Positions 20,146 through 30,974 are shown, counted from the stretch's first letter. The stretch is 64,000 nt of DNA from Nitrosopumilus sp. (GCA_965223425.1 OZ245003.1:1760001-1824000), one strand, 5' to 3'. Notes: a model not told the origin generated them from the sequence alone. Program-made: numbers and translations.

Positions 20146-21072
20146 ATGTCAATTAAAAAAATTGTTTCGTTTTTGCCCAGTGCAACTGAATTACTATATG
20201 AATTTGGGGTACAGGACAAACTTTATGGGGTAACACATGAGTGCAAATACCCGCTAGATGCAACATCAAAACCCCAAGTCATTAGTTCTGTGATGGATTC
20301 AGAGAAAATGACTAGTAAGGAAATCGATACGATGACTTGTCAATTATTAAATGATGGAAAAGATATTTTTGTTTTAAATGAAAAAAATCTAAAAGACGCA
20401 GAGCCGGACTTGATTATTTCACAAGAGACTTGTAAAGTATGTGCAGCATACACCAATCAAGTAAGCAAGGCAATAAAGATTCTCCAAAGAAAACCAGTAC
20501 TGCATTCTATGAATCCACATAACTTACAAGAAATCATAAACTCAGTTATAGAATTAGGGAAGATTTTAGAAAAAGAATCAAGAGCAAAAGAAATCACTGA
20601 TGGACTGGAGGAAAGGATTCAGAATATCAAGAAAGTCCAAAACGTACGGAAACCAAAAGTTCTTGCAATAGAATGGATTGAGCCATTCTTTACTGCAGGA
20701 CACTGGATTCCTGAAATGGTGCAAATTGCGGGAGGGACTAACTTGACAAGTAAAATCGGCGAGCATTCAAGGCGGTTAGACATTCAAGAAATTATCGAAT
20801 CAGAACCTGACATAATTATTATGATGCCATGTGGTTTTGATACAAAACGAACAATTTTAGAATATAACAAATCACTAAAAGAAAATACAAAATGGAATTC
20901 TCTAAAAGCTGTAAAAAATAATCAGGTTTTTGCAGTGGATGCAAATTCATTTTTCAGCAAACCTAGCATTAGAACCATAGGGGGATTGGAGATACTAGCC
21001 AAAATCATCAATCCAGAGAAATTCAGAGATATTGAGGTCTCCAGACTGTCTTATTCCAATATTGCAGTCTAG
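20146..21072 (+). CDS. BtuF-like cobalamin/Fe-siderophore-type substrate-binding protein
   Basis: KIVSFLPSATE, GVTHECKYP, QETCKVCA, EWIEP..AGHW. Confidence 0.85.
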   Translation: MSIKKIVSFLPSATELLYEFGVQDKLYGVTHECKYPLDATSKPQVISSVMDSEKMTSKEIDTMTCQLLNDGKDIFVLNEKNLKDAEPDLIISQETCKVCAAYTNQVSKAIKILQRKPVLHSMNPHNLQEIINSVIELGKILEKESRAKEITDGLEERIQNIKKVQNVRKPKVLAIEWIEPFFTAGHWIPEMVQIAGGTNLTSKIGEHSRRLDIQEIIESEPDIIIMMPCGFDTKRTILEYNKSLKENTKWNSLKAVKNNQVFAVDANSFFSKPSIRTIGGLEILAKIINPEKFRDIEVSRLSYSNIAV

Positions 21073-21135
21073 GCACAAAAAACGACTGTCATAAGAGATA
21101 ACACACAACTGGCTATATCCATTTTTGGAAATAAC

Positions 21136-22425
21136 GGTTCTGTCAAGTTATGGGCACCTGAAAATTTTCAATTCACGGATAGGCATATACATAAATGCTC
21201 CAAAATCATATAATATTTGTTGAAGGCAACAAAGTCAATAGCACAAAAATATACGCCAAACTCTGACCTAATGGACATGATGGCCACATTCACAAAGATG
21301 GTCAATCATTGCATCAAGATAGGGTTAAAAGAAGACACTCACAATATGAAGAGGCTGTCCATGTTATGTTATCACGAATTACGTAACTATGACATTTTAT
21401 CGTCATACAAACTAAATGCAATATCAAGGGTTGCTGGCATATTATCAAACAGAAAACAGTCAATAAAACGTGGCATCATGGTTAGATACCCAAAGATAAC
21501 AAAGTCGTTTATCACTAATTGTTATGGTATAAAACACAATGGTGCACTACTCACAATCCCATACAAGAGTAGAAATCCAATCAACGTCTTGTTAAACCCA
21601 CATACCCAAAAAATCCTGTCTGATCCCGCCTTGACAGTACGCTCGTTTTCATTGACTGCCTTCAACATCAGTCTTTGTGTTTCAAAAAAAGTACAAGAGA
21701 TAGAGTGCACCAAGAAAGTTGGAATAGACAGAAACCTAAGAAATGTGACGTGTGGGAACGAGGAACAAGTAACATTTTACAAGACAAACAAGCTGTTATC
21801 CATAAAGGAGAACACAGTACACGCCAGGGCAGGCTTCCGCAGAAATGATCGCAGAAAAAAAGGCCGATTCTGGAAGATAAAACAGCGAAGAATGGCCAAT
21901 AGAACAAAACAATACATACACAGAATCTCAAAGGATATAGTGGACAACGCAGTCAAAAACAAGACTGTAATCGTCATGGAAAACCTGAAAGGAATAAGAA
22001 AATTGTACCGAAAAGGAAACAGTCAAGGTAACAAGTATAGGCGCAGATTAAACGGGTGGCAATTCTACGAGCTGCAACGCCAAATAGAATACAAAGCCCA
22101 ATGGGTCGGGCTCCCACCAGTCGAATATGTAGACCCAAGAAACACGAGCAAGATGTGTCCAAGATGCGGAAAGAAACTCCAAGAGGACATGCAACACAGT
22201 CGTAAAATGTCGTGTAATAATTGCGGATTGTTTATGGACAGGGATATTATCGCTGCCATGAACATATCACGCAAACTGTCCCCTAGGTTTAGGGATAGTA
22301 GAGATGACATAGGTAAAGCGCAGTCCGGTGTTTTTGAACCGGCGATGATGGAACCCTGCATACCGGTAATCCAGATAGTCGATATGTCAAAGTCGAGTGA
22401 TAGGTGCCTATAACTTGACAGAACC
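21136..22425 (+). mobile_element. 1290-bp TIR-bounded element carrying only tnpB
   Basis: 24-bp TIR GGTTCTGTCAAGTTAT(G/A)GGCACCT (21136-21159 and 22402-22425); 8-bp TSD GAAATAAC (21128-21135 and 22426-22433). Confidence 0.92.
21217..22413 (+). CDS. tnpB: TnpB RNA-guided endonuclease
   Basis: RuvC I GIDRN, RuvC II VMENL, RuvC III DRDIIAAMNI; Zn finger CPRC...CNNC; WQFYELQRQIEYKA. Confidence 0.93.
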   Translation: MLKATKSIAQKYTPNSDLMDMMATFTKMVNHCIKIGLKEDTHNMKRLSMLCYHELRNYDILSSYKLNAISRVAGILSNRKQSIKRGIMVRYPKITKSFITNCYGIKHNGALLTIPYKSRNPINVLLNPHTQKILSDPALTVRSFSLTAFNISLCVSKKVQEIECTKKVGIDRNLRNVTCGNEEQVTFYKTNKLLSIKENTVHARAGFRRNDRRKKGRFWKIKQRRMANRTKQYIHRISKDIVDNAVKNKTVIVMENLKGIRKLYRKGNSQGNKYRRRLNGWQFYELQRQIEYKAQWVGLPPVEYVDPRNTSKMCPRCGKKLQEDMQHSRKMSCNNCGLFMDRDIIAAMNISRKLSPRFRDSRDDIGKAQSGVFEPAMMEPCIPVIQIVDMSKSSDRCL

Positions 22426-22568
22426 GAAATAACTAGCACGACGGCGCTAGTTAGTTAGTTATTAGTACAAGACACGACATGCCAATGGACTCAGAAACGT
22501 ATGATTTGCTACAAATGACAGTGATGTTTTAATGAGATTAAAGAAAAGTTCAACAAATTGAAAATTAG

Positions 22569-23780
22569 TTATTTTTTTGAAGCGCTAATTAATGAAACAA
22601 CATCTCTGTCTCTTAGTTGATAGTCAACTGGCAGTCTCAAATTGTATCTCAAATCTTTTCCATAAAGAAGGCCTTTAGTTAAATCAGAGTGAATTTCTTT
22701 TGCAAGATCATTGATTGTTGCTCCGTTTTTTAACAGGATCAGGTCAGGAAGTATCCGTCCCTTTTTGTCAGCAAGGTTTTTCTCGTCTGCAACAGGGTAT
22801 ATCGAATTCATTTTAAGCAGTTTGAAAACTGCAACGTTAATTGCAAATTGGACGCCTGTCCTCATGTATTCACCCATAATTCCTTTTTTGATAAAATTTA
22901 ATGCGTTAACTTGTTTCTCGTTTAATTCATCAGACTTGATTATTTCAAATTGTTCAGAACCAGGCGAATATTTTATGAGTCCTTTTTGTTCTGCACGTCT
23001 AAGACTAAATTCACTATCACCGCTAACCGGAATCACTATAGAGTCATTATAACGCTCTCTTAATTTAGAAAAATTTTTGTCGGCACCTTCAACATCAATT
23101 TTGTTAGCTACAATCAAAGTAGGTTTTGAAATTTGTCTCAGATATGATGCAAATTTCTTGCTATCAACAATATCAAAATCATCAAAATCTTTTTCCTCAA
23201 GTCCAGTTGCCAACAATGTATCTTTAACATGAGTTTTGTTAACACCAATACCACGGTAAAGATCAGTGATTGCATCCAAAATATCAGAGCCGGTTCTGAT
23301 CAGTTTGGATACTTTGTCTCTGTTTCCTTCTAAAATTTTATGATACCACATGATCAGTTCTTCTTCTATATCTGCAAAATCAGAGATAGGATCACCGGTT
23401 CCGACTTCGGTGATTTTTCCTGTTGAACCAATTCCGCCGGATGCATCAACAACGTGAAGTAACGCATCAGATTGTGCTGCAATAGATAGAAATTGATTTC
23501 CCAACCCTTTACCTTTCCATGCATCTTTGATGAGTCCTGGCAAGTCAATTAGTTCAATTGGAATGTATCTCCACCCTTCAACACATTTTGAATTATTTGG
23601 GTTATCTTGTACTTTGAATTCCGGGTGAACGCACAGGGATACAGCATGTGCCACGCCAGATACTGGCTTTTTAGTGGTGAACGGATAAGATGAAATTTCT
23701 TCGGAGGATAACGTGGCAGAGTTGAAGAAAGTTGTTTTTCCAGTATTGGTTTTACCAATTAGACCAAGCTTGATTGGCAT
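22569..23780 (-). CDS. ychF: YchF/OBG-family GTPase with TGS domain
   Basis: GKTNTGKTT, YPFTT, DLPGL, GKGLGNQFL, NKID, C-terminal TGS domain. Confidence 0.88.
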   Translation of the reverse strand: MPIKLGLIGKTNTGKTTFFNSATLSSEEISSYPFTTKKPVSGVAHAVSLCVHPEFKVQDNPNNSKCVEGWRYIPIELIDLPGLIKDAWKGKGLGNQFLSIAAQSDALLHVVDASGGIGSTGKITEVGTGDPISDFADIEEELIMWYHKILEGNRDKVSKLIRTGSDILDAITDLYRGIGVNKTHVKDTLLATGLEEKDFDDFDIVDSKKFASYLRQISKPTLIVANKIDVEGADKNFSKLRERYNDSIVIPVSGDSEFSLRRAEQKGLIKYSPGSEQFEIIKSDELNEKQVNALNFIKKGIMGEYMRTGVQFAINVAVFKLLKMNSIYPVADEKNLADKKGRILPDLILLKNGATINDLAKEIHSDLTKGLLYGKDLRYNLRLPVDYQLRDRDVVSLISASKK

Positions 23781-23814
23781 ACAATAATTGCCAGATTAGA
23801 ATATTTATCTCTGC

Positions 23815-24183
23815 CTAGTAATTATTTGAAGAGTTTTTGATTTTGATTTTTTCAAGAGATTGATTGAGTTCTTTGATGGCCCACTCAATATCAGACACGT
23901 CATCGGCAGACAGTGAATCTTCCCATTTTTCTAAAACACCACTGGCAATTTCTGAACAGTTGTACAACAAGTTCCAATAGGGATGGTGTTCAGCTGTCGT
24001 ATATGCAAGTTCAGTCAAATCACCAAGACCATTTTTTGCTCTTGCCAATGATGAGATTTTTTCACCAAATATTTTGATAATGTCATTTTCAAGATCTTGC
24101 TCAATTTTTAGAGGAGTGTTTTGTTGCTCATATTTTTTTGCCAAATCAAGAAGGTCGTGATAAAAATTTTCAAAATTCGCCAT
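23815..24183 (-). CDS. Conserved hypothetical protein
   Basis: Likely start MANFENF at 24183, just downstream of the CoA-binding gene. Confidence 0.7.
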   Translation of the reverse strand: MANFENFYHDLLDLAKKYEQQNTPLKIEQDLENDIIKIFGEKISSLARAKNGLGDLTELAYTTAEHHPYWNLLYNCSEIASGVLEKWEDSLSADDVSDIEWAIKELNQSLEKIKIKNSSNNY

Positions 24184-24184
24184 G

Positions 24185-24604
24185 TCAATACAGTCTCTTG
24201 TGTTCTGCCAACATACATCTGTTAAAAACGACTTGAATTCCTTCTTTTCTTGCAAGCTCTTCAGCTTCTGCATTATGAATTCCTTCTTGCAGCCAAATCA
24301 CTCTAGGTTTTTTCTTTACAGCCTCTTGAACAAGCGGTAAAACCTGATCAGAGGGTCTGAATACATCTACGATGTCAATTTCATCATCAATTTCTGAAAC
24401 AGAACTGTAGCATTTTTTTCCTAAAATTTCATCAGCCATTGGGTTTACAGGAGTAATGTCATATCCATTATCAGAAATGTGTTTGGGGACATAGTGAGCC
24501 GCTTTTGATGGATTTCTAGACATTCCTATGACGGCGACTCTTTTCAAAGACAAGATATCATAGATTTGCTCATCAGTATGATGGTCTTGTTCCATATAAA
24601 ACAC
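24185..24604 (-). CDS. CoA-binding protein (YccU-like)
   Basis: VAVIGMSRNPSKAA, PVNP, IDIVDVFRP, WLQEG, NRCM. Confidence 0.92.
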   Translation of the reverse strand: MFYMEQDHHTDEQIYDILSLKRVAVIGMSRNPSKAAHYVPKHISDNGYDITPVNPMADEILGKKCYSSVSEIDDEIDIVDVFRPSDQVLPLVQEAVKKKPRVIWLQEGIHNAEAEELARKEGIQVVFNRCMLAEHKRLY

Positions 24605-24681
24605 ACAGATAGGCAGAATATAATTTTTGAAGAACAGCAGTTGAGCAAAGAATATTTTAGGACTAGTAGAAATAGTTCATC

Positions 24682-25197
24682 ATGGAACCAGAACCAAAAG
24701 ATGTGATAGTTTTAGGTGCAATTAGACGTGGCGCAAAAAAATTTGATAAAATTCAAAAAACAACACAAATTAAACCTGAAGAGATCAATTCCATTCTAGA
24801 AAAATTAGAGGAGAAAGGATTCATTCAAGTACAAGAAAAGAAGGGGTTGTTTGGCAAAAAAATAGAATTAACAGTCACAGAGAAGGGATCCAAAGAGCTA
24901 GATGAACGAATTCACGAATTACAAGAAAAATGGAATAACATGTCGCAAATCTACCAAACAGGGGACAAACAAAAACTCCAGCAGGCCATGGATGAGAACA
25001 AGAGTTTTCTTCCCATGATGATGTTCTTTGGAGTAATGGATGTGATGATGTTTGGAATGATGTTTGGAATGATGGGAATGGCAATGTCAGATTATGTACC
25101 GGCAGAAAACATGCCAGAAGGTGCAGATGGAGATGCAGGCGACAGTATGGGTGGGGGCATGGATGATGGCGGGTTTGACTTTGACATTGGGTTCTAG
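24682..25197 (+). CDS. Winged-helix (MarR-like) protein with a Met/Gly/Asp-rich tail
   Basis: LEKLEEKGFI...LTVTEKG. Confidence 0.75.
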   Translation: MEPEPKDVIVLGAIRRGAKKFDKIQKTTQIKPEEINSILEKLEEKGFIQVQEKKGLFGKKIELTVTEKGSKELDERIHELQEKWNNMSQIYQTGDKQKLQQAMDENKSFLPMMMFFGVMDVMMFGMMFGMMGMAMSDYVPAENMPEGADGDAGDSMGGGMDDGGFDFDIGF

Positions 25198-25233
25198 CGC
25201 ATATTTTATACTTGAATTAAAAACAAACCATAG

Positions 25234-26232
25234 TTGATTTACAATTCATTTGATAATCCGGGATTAGTAAAAGTTCTAACATTTTTGCAAACCCACAATA
25301 CAGAATATTTGTCTGGACAAGACTTGAGTGATGTTCTAAGAATAAGCAGGGTTGCAGTGTGGAAACATATCAAAAAAATTCAAGAGTTAGGGTACACAGT
25401 AGAATCAAAGCAAAAATTAGGTTACAAACTAACTGCAAATTCAAATTCACTTTTTCCATGGGAAATTACTTCAGGTCTTAAGACAAAGGTTATTGGACAG
25501 AAGGCTTACTATTTTGATTCAGTTGACTCTACTCAAAATCAGGCATTAAAAATGGCAGACGAACCTGCAAACAATGGCGCGATAATAATTGCGGCAACAC
25601 AAACAGGAGGCAAAGGAAGGGCCAAAAGAAAGTGGATTTCGCCTAAAGGCGGAATTTGGTTTTCAATAATTTTACAGCCGAAATTTGATATTTCAATTAC
25701 TACATTGTTTCCAATTGCATCATCACTTGCATTATCAAACACATTACAAAAAACATTAAAAATTTCACCAGAACTAAAATGGCCAAACGATTTGACTATC
25801 AAAGGTAAAAAACTTGCGGGAATACTAGTAGATGCATCATTAGAGTCAAATAGGATTGAGAGTCTTGTTTTAGGCATCGGAATAAATTTTGATGTAGATG
25901 TAAAACAAATCGAAAAAGCACTCAAAGGTTCTCCAAATTTTTACGGAGTTGCATCACTTGGTGAACAAAAAAATAAAATCAGACCTGTCCAATTAATTCA
26001 GACATTTTTGACAGAATTGGAAAAAATATATGAATTGCTAAATAAAAAGCAGACCAAAAAAATTATTTCAGAATGGACAAAAAGATCATCAACAATTGGA
26101 AAGAGGGTAGAATTAAACACCACAGATGGAAAAATGAATGGAAAAGCAGTTAAAATTGATGAAGATGGGGCGTTAATATTAGATAACGGGGAAAGGATAC
26201 TGGCAGGAGACATCATTCACCTATCAAAATAG
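25234..26232 (+). CDS. birA: Bifunctional biotin ligase/repressor
   Basis: N-terminal HTH (SGQDLS..ISRVAVWKHI), QTGGKGR..W.SP, KWPND, KKLAGIL. Confidence 0.95.
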   Translation: MIYNSFDNPGLVKVLTFLQTHNTEYLSGQDLSDVLRISRVAVWKHIKKIQELGYTVESKQKLGYKLTANSNSLFPWEITSGLKTKVIGQKAYYFDSVDSTQNQALKMADEPANNGAIIIAATQTGGKGRAKRKWISPKGGIWFSIILQPKFDISITTLFPIASSLALSNTLQKTLKISPELKWPNDLTIKGKKLAGILVDASLESNRIESLVLGIGINFDVDVKQIEKALKGSPNFYGVASLGEQKNKIRPVQLIQTFLTELEKIYELLNKKQTKKIISEWTKRSSTIGKRVELNTTDGKMNGKAVKIDEDGALILDNGERILAGDIIHLSK

Positions 26233-26233
26233 A

Positions 26234-26581
26234 TTATTTTTTGGCAGTTTTTGATTTAGTTTTTACCTTTGATTGTTTTTTTCTCTGAGAGGGAATCATA
26301 GAAGATTGTTCCTTTAAGATGTCTTTTAGATCGCTTTGTATGTCAAAGACAGTTGAGAGCAATTCTTCTAATGCATCAGAATACCGGACATACGCAGATA
26401 ACAGTTCAGTCTTTTTTTCATTTGCTTTAGACAGATACTCGTTAGATCTCAACAAGTTTGCCGAAACAATCAGTTCAGGAATGTCAGATACAGGCTCGCC
26501 CAACTGATCCAAATCAGATTGAACCTGTTGAATTTTTTTACGTAAATCATAGATAATCTCTCCTGCCCCAACTTTTTTCAT
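26234..26581 (-). CDS. Conserved coiled-coil hypothetical protein
   Basis: 115-aa ORF with host-like composition. Confidence 0.65.
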   Translation of the reverse strand: MKKVGAGEIIYDLRKKIQQVQSDLDQLGEPVSDIPELIVSANLLRSNEYLSKANEKKTELLSAYVRYSDALEELLSTVFDIQSDLKDILKEQSSMIPSQRKKQSKVKTKSKTAKK

Positions 26582-27225
26582 TACAAAAACACGTAATCGT
26601 GAATAAATTAAAGACTTTCCAACACATGTGAGATAAAGGAAGTTCTGTAGGCTCAGTCATAAAAGAGAATGTAGGTAGAAATTATGGATAAACTATATCT
26701 AAAATCACAATATGAAAAAAACTGCAATGAATACTCTTTGTTTTGTGTTCATAATTTTGTTAAGCTCGTCAATTGTGGCGGGGGCCACATATGCACAAAC
26801 AGAAAATGATCTAGAGCCAATGTTTACTCAAGCCAGATCACATATCGTCAACGGGGATTACAAACAGGCTCTAACAATTTACGATGAGATCTTAGAGATT
26901 GCACCAAGCAATATTTCAACGCTAAAAATGAAAGGAATAGTACATAGTAATCTTGATCAACACGATAAATCCTTAAAACAATTTTTCAAAGTTTTACAAT
27001 ACAAGCCAGATGATGTTATTGCACTAACAGGTATGGGAGTAGGGTTTGGGAATCTAGGGGAATACCAGGCATCTAAAATTTATTTTGAAAGAGCATTGAG
27101 AGAGAAACCAGATAGTGTTGTGATCAACAACTATAATGAGTTTGTTGAAAATGTGATTTTAAAATATCCATACACCCCAACAGAAGAACCAAAAGTAAAA
27201 GAATTCGTGTCTACAATACCCAAAT

Positions 27226-28594
27226 CAGTAGTTCCCAGATGTAGATTTACCGCAACCGCAACCGGCATCGGTTCTACTTGCCTCGATCATTGACAAACAA
27301 CTCGTTTCTGCTTGTAATGTACACGATAAACAACGCCATGGTGAGTTTTTTTCCCGCAGAAGACACTCTTCCATGCCTCTTTCCCGCATCAAGGCAGAAC
27401 CTGGCAATCCTCCACAGGTTGTACAGCAGCAGCGGCAGGTAAAACATCAGCAGCCTCACAGACAGGGAGTTGCTGCATGTCCTGCCCATGATCTCCTTTA
27501 TGACGCGAAACCCCGTCTCGATGCCCCATCTCTTGCGGTACTGCTCCGGTATGATGCCTGTCATGGCTCTGGCGCTCCTGATGGGAATGTTTGTTGCAAA
27601 CGCAATGTATTGCTCCTCCCCCTCCTCTTCCCCCTCCCCCTTTTTCTTCTTCTTCCTGTCTCTTTTGACAATTACAAGGTTGTAGGTCACAGTTACGCCG
27701 TCTTTGTTGGTCATTGACTGCTGCGATACCTGGCTTGCCTTTCCGTCCTTGTACATCTTGACTATCCTCTTGATCTTGGAGTTCATGATGACAGGCATAA
27801 TGTAGCGGCACCCGCCCTTTCCTGCCTCTGTCATGCAGTCAACGTTGTAAAAGGCGCGGTCGTACAGGAACACAGTCTTTGAGTGTGCGCCCCCTCTGAG
27901 GATTTTCGTGCGTGTTTTGGCTATAAAATCGGCCAGTTTTTCCTTTGCCGGTAGTAGCTTCGATTCCAGGACAATCTGCGAGGAGTCCCTGCCGACTCCG
28001 TGCACTGCGACATACGAGAGAAACGTGGATGTTCCTGCCCTTGGACGCGACTTTCTTGTATGCCCCTGCAGCTGCTCCCCATGGTATGGTATGTCCGTAA
28101 CGTCTATTGCAATGGCGTCGATGTCCTGCAGCATTCCTGTATGGCGGGCGTGCCGCACCGTGCGTGCTAATGTCTTTGCACACCAGGCCTGCACGTCTGC
28201 CGGTTTGACGCCACGGACTGCAGACATGACCAGGTCTGCATCAGGCGTACGTGCACCCGTGTCTTGAAGCCTGTTGTGCCGTACGAGGGATTCTACAAAC
28301 GTGTTTCTCTCAGACGCCTTGATTAGCACGTCCAGTATGTCATTGCATCCGTATACGGCGTTGTGCCTCTCAGACATTGGCATGCCAAGCTTTTGAAACG
28401 ACGAGCGCAGGATTTTAAACCGGTTTGATGTTATATTGTACTGGCGTGCGATCAGTTCGTCATGTAATTCGACTTTCATGACATATTGCACGCCGTAGCC
28501 TAATCTGGATCTTTGCATTGCAGTTATGCGGTAACGCACCGGCATCTGGGCATAAACCTACATCTGGGCACAAATCTACATCTGGGAACTACTG
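27226..28594 (-). mobile_element. ISH3-type insertion sequence, 1369 bp
   Basis: Perfect 23-bp TIR CAGTAGTTCCCAGATGTAGATTT; 4-bp TSD AAAT. Confidence 0.92.
27274..28545 (-). CDS. ISH3/IS4-type DDE transposase, apparently intact
   Basis: AIDVTDIPY, LYDRAFY, YRKRWGIETGFRVIK (YREK signature). Confidence 0.9.
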   Translation of the reverse strand: MPVRYRITAMQRSRLGYGVQYVMKVELHDELIARQYNITSNRFKILRSSFQKLGMPMSERHNAVYGCNDILDVLIKASERNTFVESLVRHNRLQDTGARTPDADLVMSAVRGVKPADVQAWCAKTLARTVRHARHTGMLQDIDAIAIDVTDIPYHGEQLQGHTRKSRPRAGTSTFLSYVAVHGVGRDSSQIVLESKLLPAKEKLADFIAKTRTKILRGGAHSKTVFLYDRAFYNVDCMTEAGKGGCRYIMPVIMNSKIKRIVKMYKDGKASQVSQQSMTNKDGVTVTYNLVIVKRDRKKKKKGEGEEEGEEQYIAFATNIPIRSARAMTGIIPEQYRKRWGIETGFRVIKEIMGRTCSNSLSVRLLMFYLPLLLYNLWRIARFCLDAGKRHGRVSSAGKKLTMALFIVYITSRNELFVNDRGK

Positions 28595-29643
28595 AAATGG
28601 ACAAAATCAATAATAAAATTATGGGCAGAAGGGGATATAGAAGATGCAGAGTTTATTTCAGCACTGTCATATTTGCTAGAAAACAAAATAATTCAGATTC
28701 CGCCAGTAGAAGTAGAAGTAGAAGTAATACGGAGTGAAATTCCAGAAGAGATAAGAGCCGATGCAGAATGGTGGTCAGATGATGAAACCGATAACGAAGT
28801 TATCGTAGCTGGTCTTCAACATATGATCAAAAACGGAATGATTGAGGCAAATACCCAACATATGCCTCAAAAATCACAAGAAGAGCTAGATCATGAATTC
28901 TACTTGTTTAAAAAATATCTAAGAGATATTGCAAACAATATATCCAAAGAGAAAAGATACATCGAATTTCCAAATCCTAGTCAGGATGTGATAAAAAAAT
29001 TCCTCAGAGACTACATCAAGTGGAATTTTGAAGAACAGGTCAAAACAGCATCTACAAGTTTTCCTAGTCCAACGTATGAGATAGTGGATGAAACAATAGT
29101 TATTTCCTATAGTGTATTCATAAATGAGCAACCATCAGGGCTTCCGTTAGATCATGTCAGCACATTAAAAAATTCTTTTGCATTTTGGGAGGAACAGGAA
29201 TTAAGTGCAAACAATCAGAAAGTCAAAATAAAATTTGAAATTACAAACTTGAAACACAAAGCTAATGTTTGGGTAACTTGGGTGGTTAGGGACATTGGAG
29301 AAGGAGTTCTTGGACATGCACATCTTGGAAAAGGGGTTGTAGAAGTGACACTTGGGGATTATAATTGTGATGGGAGTTTTCAGTTATATGATATCAACAG
29401 TGTTGAAACAATCATGACGCATGAGTTAGGACATTCTATTGGTTTGAAACATGTGACAGATGAAAATGACATCATGTATCCATCATATACTCCAGCATAT
29501 GCGTATTGTCTTCTAAAAGGAATTTGAAAAAATAAAACCACATTCTAAAAAACTAGAATAAGAATTAGCTTAACCTACATACAAACAACCTATGGAAAAT
29601 TGGTAAAATGAATAATAAGATAATATAGTAACTAGACTCAGCT

Positions 29644-30555
29644 ATGCTCAAAAATTCAATGATTACTGGTCCCAAGTGTCCAGCATGCGGAGATAAAAAA
29701 ATGGTCACAGATGAGAATACAGGGGAGCTGTTCTGCGGCAAGTGTGGTTTTGTAGTAACTGATAAAATTGCAGACACGGGTGCAGAATGGCGTTCGTTTT
29801 CAAATGATGAAGTGAACAAGGCAAGAACCGGAGCTGGAACTTCACTAACAATGCACGATATGGGATTATCAACAGTAATTGGTGCAGTTAACAAAGATTC
29901 AACAGGCAAACCACTATCTGCAGGTGTAAAAAGTTCCATTGAAAGATTAAGAACCTGGGACAGTAGAAGCCAAGCACATTCTTCTGCAGATAGAAATCTA
30001 AGACAGGCACTTAACGAAATGGATAAATTAAAAGATAAACTTGCATTAACGAATGCGGTAATAGAAAAAGCAGCCTACATTTACAGAAAAGCAATGGAGA
30101 AAAAATTAGTTAGAGGCCGTTCAATCCAAGGGTTAGTTGCAGCATGTCTTTATGCATCATGTAGAAATACTGAAACTCCCAGAACACTTGACGATATTGC
30201 CAAAGGAATCAATATCAGAAGAAAGGACGTAGCGCGATGTTATAGACTAATTTTCAGAGAACTCGAGTTAAAAATGCCAGTAGTCGATCCTGTAAAAGGA
30301 GTTTCAAGAATAGCAAGCATTGCAGAGTTAAGTGAGAAAAGTAAACGTAAAGCAATTTTAATTTTAAACCAGGCAAAAGAGATAGGGATGGTTGCAGGGA
30401 AAGATCCAATGGGGATAGCTGCTGCTGCACTTTATCTTGCATGTATTAGTACAGGAGAGGTAAAATCACAAAAAGACATTTCGATTGCATCAGGAGTCAC
30501 AGAGGTGACTATAAGAAACAGATGTGCCGGATTGAGAAAAATGCTCAACGACTAG
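29644..30555 (+). CDS. tfb: Transcription initiation factor B
   Basis: CPAC...CGKC Zn ribbon, EWRSF, HDMGLST, GRS, GKDP, GVTEVTIRNR. Confidence 0.96.
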   Translation: MLKNSMITGPKCPACGDKKMVTDENTGELFCGKCGFVVTDKIADTGAEWRSFSNDEVNKARTGAGTSLTMHDMGLSTVIGAVNKDSTGKPLSAGVKSSIERLRTWDSRSQAHSSADRNLRQALNEMDKLKDKLALTNAVIEKAAYIYRKAMEKKLVRGRSIQGLVAACLYASCRNTETPRTLDDIAKGINIRRKDVARCYRLIFRELELKMPVVDPVKGVSRIASIAELSEKSKRKAILILNQAKEIGMVAGKDPMGIAAAALYLACISTGEVKSQKDISIASGVTEVTIRNRCAGLRKMLND

Positions 30556-30974
30556 AATGTTTTCATTGTGTTTTTTTTAAGCGGTTCAATTATTTTGAGG
30601 GTTTGAAATGAAAGTTTCCAAGTAGGTTTCTTTTTTTCAAGATACTAAAAATACACCATCATCGGCCAATGAAAAGATCATTACAATGACATCTCTGCAT
30701 GGCAGAAATGCACCTTGCCAAATTCATGCCTCATCCTTGCACGTAAGTCAAGTTATACGAACATCATTTCATCCTGCTTTTGAGCCTCAGAGTGAACAAT
30801 CATTCTTTCATTCCACCTGCAGTAGATGGTCTCACTGCTGATGAATATCTAGACGCATCTTAGAATCTAATTTTGCGATTGTTGGCACGTTTTTTTTTTC
30901 AAGCCCCTCGACAGTTTGCATTTGTTTAACTAAACAAGCGATCTATTTATTGCGATCTGTACTAACAGATATCT

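Larger units (their letters stand above)
26712..29527 (+). pseudogene. Secreted TPR + M10/matrixin-like zinc peptidase gene interrupted by an ISH3-type IS
   Basis: Removing 27226-28598 restores a 480-aa ORF (...STIPKWTKSIIKLWAEGDIEDAEFISALSYLLE...); signal peptide, TPRs, HELGHSIGLKH...DIMYP. Confidence 0.9.

Noticed and set aside
21085-22522. ACTGTCAT...ATGACAGT inverted pair around the tnpB element as an older host MITE
   Set aside because: Only an 8-bp match and no TSD; could be chance
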